64,000 bases of DNA. It comes from an uncultured Chloroflexia bacterium. Its GTDB lineage: Bacteria > Chloroflexota > Limnocylindria > Limnocylindrales > CSP1-4. The stretch's first letter is position 1, and each line of letters opens with the position of its first letter. The position numbers were made by a program, and so were the translations under genes. Location of the stretch: contig CAWEYL010000001.1 of NCBI GenBank assembly GCA_963813335.1, positions 832,001-896,000 on the forward strand. Direction: 5' to 3'. Below are positions 51,269 through 62,096 of this stretch, in pieces. The notes beneath the pieces were generated by a model. That model was not told where the DNA came from. It saw nothing but the letters and a program-made list of their open reading frames with translations, and did no database searches.

Positions 51269-52056
51269 CAGATGAGCCGTCGCTCGGCGAGGAACTCGAC
51301 GACCTGGCGGGCGGCCTCGTCGGCCGGCTCGCGAACCACCCTGGTGGCGCCACGCGCCTCCGGGGCCTGCGAGCTGGTCAGCCGCGTCGTCGCGACGCCG
51401 CCGCCCACCGTGGCGGCGTCCAGGCCGATGTCGGCGAGCGCCACGGTCGTGATCTCCTTCGAGCGCGCGGCCATGATCCCCTTGAGCGACGGGTAGCGCG
51501 GCTCGCCGAGCGCCTGCGTGCAGCTGATCAGCGCCGGCATCGGCGCCTCGAGGACGTCGTAGCCCGACGGCGTGATCCGCCGCACCCGGACCGAGCCCGC
51601 GACGGGGTCCGGCTCGATGGTCGCCGCGTACGACAGCAGCGGCAGCCCGGCGAGCACGGCCACGCCCGGCGCGACGACCCCGGCGCCGCCGTCGGACGTG
51701 TCGACGCCGGCCAGCACGAGGTCGAACGTCATGGTCGCGAGGGCCGCCGCGAGCACGCGCGTGGTCGAGACCGTGCAGGAGCCCTCCAGCGCCGGGTCGT
51801 TGACCAGCCGGCCGGCCGCGGCGCCCATCGCGAGGGCCTTGCGCATGGTCTCGGGCGCGCTGGCAGGCGCCATCGACAGGAGCGTGACCTCGCCGCCGTG
51901 GGCCTCGGTCAGCTTGAGCGCCGCTTCGAGCGCGTATTCATCGTTGCCGTTGACGACCGCGGGCACGACGCCGCGATCCAACCGGCCGTCCGGACCCAGC
52001 CGCTCGCCCGCTGACGCGGGGTCCGGGACCGGTTTCATGAGCACGACGATGTGCAA
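51268..52056 (-). CDS. etfB: Electron transfer flavoprotein beta subunit
   Basis: IVVLMKPVPD, DEYALEAAL, RKALAMGA, EPRYPSLKGIMAA; TTG start. Confidence 0.93.
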   Translation of the reverse strand: MHIVVLMKPVPDPASAGERLGPDGRLDRGVVPAVVNGNDEYALEAALKLTEAHGGEVTLLSMAPASAPETMRKALAMGAAAGRLVNDPALEGSCTVSTTRVLAAALATMTFDLVLAGVDTSDGGAGVVAPGVAVLAGLPLLSYAATIEPDPVAGSVRVRRITPSGYDVLEAPMPALISCTQALGEPRYPSLKGIMAARSKEITTVALADIGLDAATVGGGVATTRLTSSQAPEARGATRVVREPADEAARQVVEFLAERRLI

Positions 52057-52080
52057 CGGGACGTGAACCTCCCTGCGCGG

Positions 52081-53256
52081 TCAGCCGCTCTTGCCGAGCA
52101 GCGCGCGCGCCAGGACCAGTCGCTGGATCTGCTGGGTCCCTTCATAGAGCTGGGTGATCTTCGCGTCGCGCATCATCCGCTCGACAGGGAACTCGTCGAT
52201 ATAGCCGTATCCGCCCATGACCTGCACGGCATCGGTCGTGACCCGCATGGCGGCGTCCCCGGCGACGAGTTTACACATGGCCGCCCAGCGCCCGGCATCG
52301 GGCGCTCCGGCGTCGATCTCGGTGCAGGCCTTGTACAGCAGCTGCCGGGCAGCCTCGGTGGCCGCGTCCATATCCGCGAGCATCGCCGACACCATCTGGA
52401 AGTCGCCGATGCGCTGGCCGAACTGCTTGCGCTCCTTGGCGTACGCCGTCGCGACCTCGAGGGCGCCCTGGGCGATGCCCACGGCCTGCGCGGCGATGCC
52501 CGGGCGGCTGCGCTCGAACGTCTGCATGGCGATCTCGAACCCGTCGCCCTCCTCGCCGATGCGGTTCGACGCCGGGATGCGCACGCCATCGAAGGCGAGC
52601 TCGGCGGTCGGGCTGCCGCGCAGGCCCATCTTGTGCTCCAGCCGGGCCACGCTGAACCCCTCGGTCGGCACCTCGACGACGAACGCGGTCAGGCGGCGGT
52701 GCTTCGGGGCGCTCGGGTCGGTGACCGCGAAGACCGTGACGAGGTTCGCCACCGAGCCCTGGCTGATGAACCGCTTCGAGCCGGTCAGGACGTACTCGTC
52801 GCCATCGCGGACGGCGCGCGTCCTGGCGGCGGCGGCATCGGAGCCGGCCTCCGCCTCGGTCAGGGCGAAGGCGATCAGGTGCTCGCCGCTGGCGAGCTTC
52901 GGGAGCCAGCGGGCCTGCTGCTCGGGCGTCCCGCGGTGGACGATCGGCAGCGAGGCCAGCTCCTGGACCGCGAGGATCAGGCCGGTCGTGGCGCAGGCGC
53001 GGCTGAGCTGCTCGATGACGAGGCAGACGCTCAGGAGGTCGCCACCGAGACCGCCGTGCTCGACGGGGAACGGCAGCGCCAGGATGTCCTGCTTCGCCAG
53101 GAGCTCCTTGATGTCCCACGGGAACTCGGCCGTGCGGTCGATCTCGGCCGCGCGCGGCGCCACCTGCTCGTCCGCCAGCACGCGAACGGCGTCGCGCAGG
53201 TCGCGCTGGGCCTCGGTCAGGCGGTAGGCGGGGCTCGGGTCGGTCGGAATGGTCAC
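52081..53256 (-). CDS. Acyl-CoA dehydrogenase
   Basis: FALTEAEAGSD, GSKRFISQG, KMGLRGSPT, RKQFGQRI, GGYGYIDEFPVERMMRDAKITQLYEGT. Confidence 0.94.
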   Translation of the reverse strand: MTIPTDPSPAYRLTEAQRDLRDAVRVLADEQVAPRAAEIDRTAEFPWDIKELLAKQDILALPFPVEHGGLGGDLLSVCLVIEQLSRACATTGLILAVQELASLPIVHRGTPEQQARWLPKLASGEHLIAFALTEAEAGSDAAAARTRAVRDGDEYVLTGSKRFISQGSVANLVTVFAVTDPSAPKHRRLTAFVVEVPTEGFSVARLEHKMGLRGSPTAELAFDGVRIPASNRIGEEGDGFEIAMQTFERSRPGIAAQAVGIAQGALEVATAYAKERKQFGQRIGDFQMVSAMLADMDAATEAARQLLYKACTEIDAGAPDAGRWAAMCKLVAGDAAMRVTTDAVQVMGGYGYIDEFPVERMMRDAKITQLYEGTQQIQRLVLARALLGKSG

Positions 53257-53426
53257 CGACAGCATCGTACCGGCCGCGGAGCCCGTCGGCGCCGCCGCTG
53301 GGCGACGCGCCCCGCGTCAAAACGAGGCGGTCCGGTGCGGTCCAGGGCCGTTGGCGGCGGCGCGATCCAGGGCTACGCTGTCTGACAGGCGCGAGACGGG
53401 ACATCCGCGCCGGATCGGGGACGACG

Positions 53427-53648
53427 ATGGACGAGACGACGGGCCTGATCATGCTGATGGCGGCCGCCGGGGTCGGGGCGATGGCCACGCTCGCGATGCT
53501 GCGCCGGCAACGGATGCAGATGGCTGGGCCGCACGAGAGCCAGTACGCGGTGAGCACTGAGGGGATGAAACGCTGCCCGGCGTGCAATACGGGCAACCTC
53601 GTGACCGACGCGAACTGCTCCAACTGCGGGAAGCACCTCCCGGGCTGA
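53427..53648 (+). CDS. Small membrane-anchored zinc-ribbon protein
   Basis: N-terminal hydrophobic helix then CPAC...CSNCG. Confidence 0.65.
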   Translation: MDETTGLIMLMAAAGVGAMATLAMLRRQRMQMAGPHESQYAVSTEGMKRCPACNTGNLVTDANCSNCGKHLPG

Positions 53649-53669
53649 TCCCGGGGTCGGAGACCGGCC

Positions 53670-55793
53670 TCAGAGGACCGCCAGGCGACGGTCCTCCGGT
53701 ACGGCCGCGAGCCGGGCGGCCAGGACCTCGCTGATGTCCATCGAGGCAACCGTGCCGGCGCCCGGCGACGCCGCGATGCCGTCGGACAGCATGACCATGC
53801 AGAACGGGCAGGCGGTCGCGACGGTCGCGGCGCCGGTCTCGAGCACCTGCCGGGTCCGCTCGGCGTTGATGCGCGTCCCGCGGTCCTCCTCCATCCACAT
53901 CCGACCGCCACCGGCCCCGCAGCAGAAGGTCGCGCGCCCGGACTTCTCCATCTCGGTGACGGCGATGCCGGCCGCACCGAGCACGTCCCGCGGCGCGGAC
54001 ACCACCCCGTTGTAGCGGGCGAGGTAGCACGAGTCGTGGACGGTGACGCTGCCCGGCCGGTGCTCGCCGCTCGACGCCTGGGCGTCCTCCGGCATCGTCT
54101 GCAGCCGCCCGGATGCCAGCAGCTCCGCGAGGTACGTCGAGTGGTGGACGATCCGGTACGAGCCGCCCAGCTGGCCGTACTCGTTGCCGATCGTGTTGAA
54201 GCAGTGCGGACAGGCGGTGACGATCGTCCGCTGTCCCATCCCGTATCGGTCGAGCGTCGCGACATTGCCCGACGCGAGGATCTGGAAGACGTAGTCGTTG
54301 CCCATCCGCCGGGCCGGGTCGCCGGTGCACGACTCCTCCTGCCCGAGCACGGCGAACGACACGCCCGCCGCGTGCAGGCAGGTCGCGACCGCGCGCGCCA
54401 CCTTCTGGTTGCGCGGGTCGAAGGCCGCCGCACAGCCCACCCAGTAGAGGACCTCGAGCTCGTCGAGCCGACCCGCTGCTGACACCGCCGCGACCGTCGC
54501 GACCTCGAACTCGAGCGGCTTGGCCCAGTCCAGCCGCGCCGAGGCGGGCTGGCCCCACGGGTTGCCCTGGTTCTCCATGGCCCGGAAGGCGCCGGTCAGC
54601 TCCGTCGGGAAGCGGGCGTCCTCGAGGACCAGGTTGCGGCGGAGCCCGACGATCTTGTCGACGTGCTCGATGAGGACCGGGCAGGCCTCGACGCAGGCCC
54701 CGCAGGTGACGCAGTCCCACACCGCGTCGTAGGGGATGGCGGTGTCGACGATGGCGGTCGCGAGGGCCGCCGTGCCGACCGTGGTGTCGTCGAGGCCGTA
54801 GGTCTCGCGCACGATCGGTGAGTTCGGGATGATGTCGATCCCGTGCTCGGCATCGACCGACATCTCGCGGATGCCCATGATGAAGTGCTTGGGGTTCAGC
54901 GGCTTCCCGGTGTTCCAGGCGGGGCACGCCTCCTGGCAGCGGCCGCATTCCGTGCAGGTGAAGCCGTCCAGCAGGTCCTTCCAGCCGAGGTCCTGGAGCG
55001 TCCGCAACCCGAACGCGGCGTCCTCGGCCTCGAGGTCGAGGGCCGGCAGCTCGCCCCGCGGCCGGAGCTTGCGGTACCAGATGTTCGGGAAGGCCGTCGC
55101 GATGTGGAGGTGCTTGCTGAACGGCAGGTAGCAGAAGAACGCCGCCACCAGCGCGATGTGGCCCCACCAGAGCAGCGCGAACAGCGCCTCGAGGACGGCC
55201 GCCGGGAGGGCACGCAGCGGGACCGCCAGGGCCGCCGCCACGAAGGCGCCCGGCTGGTCGCCGTAGCGGGCGAACTCCACTGCCTGGGCAAGGAGCTCGG
55301 TGGCGACCACGCCGCCGATCATCGCCAGGATCACGAGCGCGTCGCGGTTGAGGGTCAGGCGGGCCGGCTTCGTCACCAGCCGGCGCACGAAGGCCCAGCC
55401 GATGGCCGCGAGCACGATGACCGCGACCACGTTCTGCATCGCGCTGACCGCGGTCCAGAGGGCCCCGTCGAACGGGATCGAGACGACCGCCTGGATGATC
55501 CCGCCGGTGACGATGTTCGCCGTCCCGATGGTCAGCAGGATGAAGCCCCAGAAGATGCCGGCGTGCATCACGCCGGCGCGGGGGTCCTTGAACATCTTCG
55601 TCTGGACGAAGGCGTAGCGGACCAGGCCGGCGAAGCGCAGCGGGATGTCCGCGAATGGGCTGGGGCCGGCGGCGCGCACCGCGGCGAAGACCCGCAGATG
55701 GCGGGCCATCGCCAGCACGAAGAACGCCGCCGCGCCCCAGAACACCGGGAAGACCAGCGGGTAGGCCGGGACCTCGGCGAACGTCTCGAGCAC
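53670..55793 (-). CDS. Membrane Fe-S oxidoreductase (FadF/EtfD-like: TM domain, 2x 4Fe-4S, CCG domains)
   Basis: YLPFSKHLH, CTECGRCQEACP, CVTCGACVEACP, WVGC, TACPHC, HDSCY, CCGAGG. Confidence 0.9.
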   Translation of the reverse strand: MLETFAEVPAYPLVFPVFWGAAAFFVLAMARHLRVFAAVRAAGPSPFADIPLRFAGLVRYAFVQTKMFKDPRAGVMHAGIFWGFILLTIGTANIVTGGIIQAVVSIPFDGALWTAVSAMQNVVAVIVLAAIGWAFVRRLVTKPARLTLNRDALVILAMIGGVVATELLAQAVEFARYGDQPGAFVAAALAVPLRALPAAVLEALFALLWWGHIALVAAFFCYLPFSKHLHIATAFPNIWYRKLRPRGELPALDLEAEDAAFGLRTLQDLGWKDLLDGFTCTECGRCQEACPAWNTGKPLNPKHFIMGIREMSVDAEHGIDIIPNSPIVRETYGLDDTTVGTAALATAIVDTAIPYDAVWDCVTCGACVEACPVLIEHVDKIVGLRRNLVLEDARFPTELTGAFRAMENQGNPWGQPASARLDWAKPLEFEVATVAAVSAAGRLDELEVLYWVGCAAAFDPRNQKVARAVATCLHAAGVSFAVLGQEESCTGDPARRMGNDYVFQILASGNVATLDRYGMGQRTIVTACPHCFNTIGNEYGQLGGSYRIVHHSTYLAELLASGRLQTMPEDAQASSGEHRPGSVTVHDSCYLARYNGVVSAPRDVLGAAGIAVTEMEKSGRATFCCGAGGGRMWMEEDRGTRINAERTRQVLETGAATVATACPFCMVMLSDGIAASPGAGTVASMDISEVLAARLAAVPEDRRLAVL

Positions 55794-55798
55794 GGCCG

Positions 55799-56282
55799 TC
55801 AGCCGCCGCGGCCGTGGTCGAACGGGCCGGCGAGCGTCTCGAGCGCGTGGTCGAGCACCGGCTCCACGGCCCCGAACGACTCGATGGCCCCCTTCGGGCT
55901 GCCGGGGACGTTGACGACGAGCGTCCGGCCGATGACGCCGACGAGCCCGCGCGACAGGTCGGCCAGCGGCGTGATCGGCGCGGCCCGCCGCGCGGATCGC
56001 CTCCGCGAGCCCCGGGACCTCGTAGTCGATGGCCCTGGCGGTCGCCTGCGGCGTCACGTCCCGCGGCGTCAGCCCCGTCCCGCCGGTGGTGACGATGAGG
56101 TGGTGCGACGGGGCGCCGTCCCCGAGCGCGCGCTCGATGGCCGCGGCATCATCGGGCACCAGCCCGCGGTCGACCTCGAAGCCGAGTGCCGCCAGCCGCT
56201 CTGCGAGTGCCGCGCCGGACCCGTCCTCGCGAACGCCGGCCGAGACCCCGTCGCTGACCGTGAGGACGAGTGCCCGCCTCAT
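55799..56282 (-). CDS. mog: Molybdopterin adenylyltransferase MogA/MoaB (frameshift near 55975)
   Basis: LTVSD, VPDD, TTGGTGLTPRDVTP, then LSRG...VNVPGSPKG. Confidence 0.88.
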
Positions 56283-56918
56283 CCGCCGCGGGGACGCCGG
56301 CTCGGCGCCTTCGGCTTGCCCGAGGCCTTGGGCCGCCCGTGCGACCCGGGGTTGATGCGACCCGCCGACCGGTCGCCGGGCTGGCGGACCGCTGACGCTG
56401 CGGCGGACCCGGCGGGACGCATCCACTCGCCGCTCTTGCCGCCGGTCTTGCTGAGCGAGGTGGATCGCGCCGATCTCGACGCCACGCTCGACGCCCTTGA
56501 CCATGTCGTAGACGGTCAGCGCGGCCACGGACGCGGCGGTCATCGCCTCCATCTCGACGCCGGTCTGGCCGGTCGTGGCGGCCTCGGCGCGGATGCGCAG
56601 CACCCCGGCCCCGCGGTCCGGCGTGATCGAGACCTGGAGGTCGGTCAGGGCCAGCGGATGGCAGAGCGGGATCAGCTCGCTCGTGCGCTTGGCGCCCATC
56701 ACGCCGGCGAGCTCGGCGACCCCGAGCACGTCGCCCTTGGCGCCGCCGCCATCGATGACGAGGCTCATCGTCTCCGGCGAGAGCGCGACCGTGGCCTCGG
56801 CGACCGCGCGGCGGGCGGTGACGGGCTTGGCCGAGACGTCGACCATGCGCGGTCGGCCGGTCCGGTCGACGTGGGAGAGGCGCCGGCGCTCGAAGCGCGG
56901 GGCGGGCTTCTGGTCCAT
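56279..56918 (-). CDS. moaC: Cyclic pyranopterin monophosphate synthase (frameshift near 56455)
   Basis: RMVDVSAK, KGDVL, LIPLCHPL, TGVEMEAMTAASVAALTVYDMVK, KTGGKSG. Confidence 0.92.
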
Positions 56919-56941
56919 GCCGTCGAGGATAGCGGCCGCGG

Positions 56942-58285
56942 TCAGGCCCGGTCGAGCCACCACAGCTCGACCTCGGCGCCCACGGGCAGCTGGTCGTGGG
57001 CCTCCGGGATCACCGCCAGCGCGTCCGCGGCGGCCAGCGCCGAGATGACGTGGCTCCCCTGCCCGCCCGCCAGGCGGACCGGCACGCGCCCCTGCGCGTC
57101 GCGCACCGGCGTGCCCGAGGCGTCGCGCTCGGCGATCACCCGCTGGTAGCCGCGCCGACCGGGGCTCTTGCTGACGGCGTCGACGAGGACGGCCCGGTCG
57201 ACCGGCCGGTGCAGGTCGTCGTCGCGATGGCCCCCGAGCCGGCGGAGCGCCGGCCGCACGAATAGCTCGAAGGTGACGAAGGTCGAGACGGGGTTGCCGG
57301 GCAGGCCGAAGAGCAGCACCGACGAGCCCGAGTCCGTCGCGGTCGCGGTCGCGGTCCCGAAGGCGAACGGCTTGCCCGGCTGGACCGCCACCCGCCAGAG
57401 GTCGATCGACCCGATCTCCTCGATCGCGCTGCGCACCACGTCATATGGCCCCACGGAGACGCCGCCCGACAGGATGACGGCATCGACGCCGGCAGCGAGG
57501 CCGGCTTGCAGCCGTGCGCGCACGTCCTCGAGCCGGTCGAGCGCGATCCCGAGGCGGATCGCCTCGGCCCCCGTGGCCTCGACGAGGGCGGCGAGGCCGG
57601 GGCCGTTCGCGTCGGGGATGCCGGCCGGGCCGAGCGGCTCGCCAGGCGATCGCACCTCGTCGCCGGTGGCCAGGATCGCGACCCGCGGCCGGCGGTAGAC
57701 CGCGACGCGGTCCAGCCCGGCCCCAGCCAGGAGCGAGACCACCGCCGGCGTCACGACCGCGCCGGGACCGACGAGCGCCGCGCCCTCCGTGAGGTCGCCC
57801 CCGGCCCGCCGGATCGAGCCGCCTGGCCTGACCGCCTCGTGGACGAGGCACGCGGCCGGCAGCGGACCCGTGGCGTCGCGGCCGCGCGGACCGGCGCTCC
57901 CCGCCGCGTCGATCGGCGTCGTCGCCTCGACGGGCACCACCGCGTCGGCACCGGCCGGGACCGGGGCGCCTGTCGCGATGCGGACCGCCGTGCCCGCGCG
58001 GACCTCGGTGCCCGCCGGATCGCCGCCCGCGCGGACCTCGCCGACGACCTCGAGCCGGACCGGGGCGTCGTCGCCCGCTCCGGCGACATCCGCGGCCCGG
58101 ATCGCGTACCCGTCCATCGCCGAGTTGTCCCACGGCGGCAAGGCGGTCCGGCTGTGCGCCGTCACGGCCACGATCCGTCCCAGCGCGTCGGCAAGCGGGA
58201 CCGTCTCGGAGCCGACCGGGCCGGCGATGGCCGCCAGGACGCGGCCGAGCGCCTCCTCGACCGGGAGCAGCCGGTCGGCGGTCAT
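56942..58285 (-). CDS. moeA: Molybdopterin molybdotransferase MoeA
   Basis: PPWDNSAMDGYA, IATGAPVP, ATGDE, SGGVSVG, QPGKP, GLPGNPVS. Confidence 0.94.
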   Translation of the reverse strand: MTADRLLPVEEALGRVLAAIAGPVGSETVPLADALGRIVAVTAHSRTALPPWDNSAMDGYAIRAADVAGAGDDAPVRLEVVGEVRAGGDPAGTEVRAGTAVRIATGAPVPAGADAVVPVEATTPIDAAGSAGPRGRDATGPLPAACLVHEAVRPGGSIRRAGGDLTEGAALVGPGAVVTPAVVSLLAGAGLDRVAVYRRPRVAILATGDEVRSPGEPLGPAGIPDANGPGLAALVEATGAEAIRLGIALDRLEDVRARLQAGLAAGVDAVILSGGVSVGPYDVVRSAIEEIGSIDLWRVAVQPGKPFAFGTATATATDSGSSVLLFGLPGNPVSTFVTFELFVRPALRRLGGHRDDDLHRPVDRAVLVDAVSKSPGRRGYQRVIAERDASGTPVRDAQGRVPVRLAGGQGSHVISALAAADALAVIPEAHDQLPVGAEVELWWLDRA

Positions 58286-58992
58286 CGGGCGGTCGCGCCA
58301 CCGGTCGTCGGCGCGGTCGCCGCGACCGCGCCGTCGGTCTCGTCGTCGTCCGCCTTCGTGTCGGCGACCCAGGCGACCAGCAGCGCAAGGACGATGGCGG
58401 CGACCCCGAGCACGATCGCGGTCTCCTGCCAGAACTGGAACGGGAAGAGCTGGACCAGCCGCTCCGTCGCCGGGTCGAAGGTGTACGAGCCCCCGGCGAA
58501 GAAGAGCTCGTGGAAGACCTCGAAGAGCGTGTCGAAGGCCACGAACGACACGAGCCCCAGGGTGACCAGCGTGGCGATCAGCCCGACCGCGCCGCCCCAG
58601 ACCGCCCGCCACGAGGCGGCGCGCGCCGCTCCACGACGGCGTGCCGCGATGACGAGCGCGACGACCCCGAGGACCACGGCGAGGGCGAAGAAGCCGATGA
58701 AGACGCCGCGGACGTCGCGCATGTGCTGGCGTTCCTTCTCGTCGAGCACCGGCGTGCCGGCGACGGACACCGCGAAGTCCGGCGGACCGATGACCAGGTC
58801 GCTCAGGATGCTGCCCGTGGCGGCGCCAAGGTCGGTCTCGCTGAAGCCCGTCCAGGCGGCCGCCTCGGCACGACCCTGCTCGAACGACACCCACAGCGGG
58901 TTCAGGAACAGCGGGATCGTGACGGCGATGATCACGAACGCGGTCGCCACGGCGATGAGGAGATCGGCGGCGCGGCCGGCGAGGCGGTTCAC
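58282..58992 (-). CDS. DUF1461 (TIGR01906-like) membrane protein
   Basis: ERQHMRDVR, FDTLFEVFHELFF, FDPATERLVQLFP. Confidence 0.8.
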   Translation of the reverse strand: MNRLAGRAADLLIAVATAFVIIAVTIPLFLNPLWVSFEQGRAEAAAWTGFSETDLGAATGSILSDLVIGPPDFAVSVAGTPVLDEKERQHMRDVRGVFIGFFALAVVLGVVALVIAARRRGAARAASWRAVWGGAVGLIATLVTLGLVSFVAFDTLFEVFHELFFAGGSYTFDPATERLVQLFPFQFWQETAIVLGVAAIVLALLVAWVADTKADDDETDGAVAATAPTTGGATAR

Positions 58993-59042
58993 GGCTGCAT
59001 CGTAGCGGCTCGGGCCCGAGACCCCGGCCGGCGCTGGATCGC

Positions 59043-59433
59043 CTATTCGTCCTCGAGGGTCTTCGCCTGGTCCCACCAGCCCTCGATCGTGAGGTCGGTG
59101 GGCGGGTCGAGCTCGAGCTCCTTCGCGCCCTGGCGGATCCGCGCACCGAAGTCGTCGAGCGGCAGCTCGAGGATGTCGTGCAGCCCCTCGATCCGGGCCT
59201 GGATCATCATGAAGTGCTCGTCGGGGCCGAAGCTCGCGAGGTTCAGCATCAGGGCCTCGTCGCGCCACATCAGGACGTCGTTCGTGGTCGGCGCCGACCT
59301 GGTCGGCGAGCGTCTGGCGGCGGGTCGGGGTCTCCGATACCTCGAGGAGCAGGCCGGTGGTGAAGATCCCCTGGTGGTCGAGTCGGTCGAGGTGGACCGG
59401 CTCGATGCGCGTCAGCTCGTCGATGGGTGGCAT
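59043..59433 (-). CDS. DUF4332-like protein (frameshift near 59293)
   Basis: IDELTRIEP...QGIFTTGLLL...TPTRRQTLADQVG/TTNDVLMW...PPTDLTIEGWWDQAK. Confidence 0.65.
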
Positions 59434-59499
59434 GGCACGGATGATGCCACGGGCCGATGGGTCCCCGCCCGACGACCGTCCGGGCGTGGCGACGGATCC

Positions 59500-59516
59500 T
59501 CTCAGCCGGTTCTCAG
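59500..59516 (+). promoter_or_regulatory. Hexamer direct repeat resembling an OmpR-family (MprA-type) response-regulator box
   Basis: TCTCAG-CCGGT-TCTCAG upstream of a TACCGT -10-like element and the dioxygenase-like gene. Confidence 0.45.
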
Positions 59517-59572
59517 GCGGCGCGGCATACCGTGGGCCGCAGCAGCCACGACCACGGACGAAGGACCACGCC

Positions 59573-60444
59573 ATGACCGACCTGATCGACCGCCCGTTCC
59601 TCTACCAGGAGCCCCCCGACGACCAGCCCGACGAGACCGATCGCGGCCTCGTCTACGACCTGGGCACGCTGGACCGCCGGCGGATGCTCCAGCTGCTCGG
59701 CTTCGGGGGCATCTCGGCGGGCATGTTCGTCATCGCCGGCTGCACGCCGGGTGCAGGCGCGTCACCGTCCGCGAGCCCCAGCGCGGCGGCGAGTGCCGCT
59801 GCGGGCGCCAGCCTGCGCGGTGATCCCCGAGGAGACCGCCGGCCCCTTCCCGGGCGACGGCTCGAACGGCCCGGACGTGCTCAACCAGAGCGGGGTCGTG
59901 CGCAAGGACATCCGCTCGAGCTTCGGCTCGTCGACGACCACCGCGCAGGGCGTGCCGCTGACCATCCAGCTGACGATCCAGGACGCCGGCGACTGCGCCC
60001 CGATCGCCGGCGCGGCCGTCTACCTGTGGCACTGCGACCGGGACGGCAACTACTCGCTCTACTCCCAGGCGGCCGCGAACGAGAACTACCTGCGCGGCGT
60101 CCAGGAGGCCGACGCCAACGGCGTCGTGACCTTCGAGAGCATCTTCCCCGCGTGCTACTCGGGACGCTGGCCGCACGTCCACTTCGAGGTCTATCCGAGC
60201 CTCGACATGGCGACCAACGAGCACGAACAAGATCGCGACCTCGCAGATCGCGTTGCCGAAGGACATCTGCGACCAGGTCTACGCCACCGACGGCTACGGC
60301 CAGAGCGTGCAGACCCTGAGCCAGGTGTCGCTGACGACCGACATGGTCTTCCGCGACGACGGCGCCGCCCACCAGCTCGGGACGATCTCAGGCACGGTCG
60401 CCGACGGGCTCCAGGTCGCCCTGACGGTCCCGGTCGGGGCCTAG
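59573..60444 (+). CDS. Tat-exported intradiol ring-cleavage dioxygenase-like protein (frameshifts near 59815 and 60220)
   Basis: LDRRRMLQLL twin-arginine motif, IPEETAGPFPGDGSNG, WHCDRDGNYSLY, NYLRG, YSGRWPHVHF. Confidence 0.82.
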
Positions 60445-60577
60445 TCGCTCGGTCGGGTCGGTCCTCGGGTCGGTCGCGCCGATGCCTCGCGGGCTTGTCG
60501 TCGCATCTCGATCCGCGCCGCGCACTACGATGCCGACCTCACTTCGCGACCCGCCCGGTCGTCGTCTGGAGGCTGCC

Positions 60578-62096
60578 GTGACCGAGACGCTCATCCCGCC
60601 GATCGAGGAATTGCTCGCCGACCTCGACCGTCTCGATCTCCGAACGAGGATGTTCATCGACGGTGCGTTCCGCGATGCGGCCGATGGCGAGCGGTTCGTC
60701 ACCGAGAACCCGGCCACCGGCCGCCCGATCACCGAGGTCGCCGAGGGCGGCCCGGCCGACGTGGATCTCGCGGTCGCCGCAGCCCGTCACGCCGCCGACG
60801 ACGGTCGCTGGTCGCGCCTGGACCCGGGCGCCCGCAAGCGGATCCTGATCGCGTGGGCGGATCTGATCGAGACGCATGCGCGCGAGCTGGGCTTGATCGA
60901 GACCATCGATGCCGGCAAGCCCATCACGGACACGGTCGGCCTCGACATGCCGGAGACGGCCGCCTGCATCCGCTGGCACGCCGAGGCGGCCGACAAGCTG
61001 TACGGGCAGGTCGCGCCGTCGCCCGAAGGGACCGTCGCCACCATCACCCGCGAGCCGTGCGGTGTCGTCGGGGCGGTCATCCCCTGGAACTACCCCGCGC
61101 AGATGGCCGCGTGGAAGCTCGGCCCGGCCCTCGCGACCGGGAACACGGTCGTGATCAAGCCCGCCTCCACGACATCGCTCAGCCTGCTGCGCATCGTGGA
61201 GCTCGGCAGCGAGGCCGGCCTGCCCGACGGGGTCGTCAACGTCGTGACCGGCCCGGGCGGCGTGGTCGGCGAGGCGATCGGCCGCCACCCCGACATCGAC
61301 TGTGTCGCGTTCACGGGGTCGACGGAGGTGGGTCGCCGCTTCCTCCACTACGCGGCCGATTTCGAACCTCAAGCGCGTCCTCCTCGAGCTTGGCGGCAAG
61401 AGCCCCCAGATCGTCTTCGGCGATGTGTCCGATCTCGGCGCGGTGGCGGCCAACGTGGCGATCGCGATCTTCTGGAACATGGGCGAGAACTGCAGTGCCG
61501 GCTCGCGCCTCATCGTCCATCGCTCACGGAAGGCCGCCCTCCTGGAGGCGATCGAGGCCGAACTCGCCTCGTGGCCGGTGGGCGACCCGCTCGACCCGGC
61601 GACCCGTATCGGCGCGCTCATCTCGAAGGACCAGATGGAGCGGGTCCTCGGCTACATCGACATCGGACGCCAGGAAGGCGCGCGCGTCGTGACCGGCGGC
61701 TCGCGGATCCTCGAGGAGACCGGCGGCTGGTTCGTCCCGCCGACGGTCTTCGACCGCGTCACGAACGACATGCGCATCGCGCGTGAGGAGATCTTCGGTC
61801 CGGTCCTGTCCGTCATCGAGTTCGACACCGAGGCCGAGGCGGTGGCGATCGCGAACGACACGCCCTACGGCCTGGCCGCCTCGCTGTATACGCACGATCT
61901 GGACGTCGCCCATCGCGTCGCCCGCGAGGTGCGGGCGGGCGTGGTCGGCATCAATGCCTATTCGGAAGGGGACATGACGACCCCGTTCGGCGGCTACAAG
62001 CAGTCCGGTTTCGGCGGGCACGACAAGTCCCTTCACGCTCACGACCAGTACACGGAAACCAAGACCACCTGGATCCAGCTCCGGCCGCCGGCCTAG
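60578..62096 (+). CDS. Aldehyde dehydrogenase (PuuC-like; frameshift near 61360)
   Basis: IPWNYP, FTGSTEVG, LELGGKSP, GENCSAGSR, EEIFGPV, PFGGYKQSG. Confidence 0.92.

Noticed and set aside
53670-56963. 1097-aa ORF that looks like a MoaC-Mog-FadF fusion
   Set aside because: Two single-base frameshifts (~56455, ~55975) chain three separate genes; each has its own start, and its true C-terminus lies in another frame
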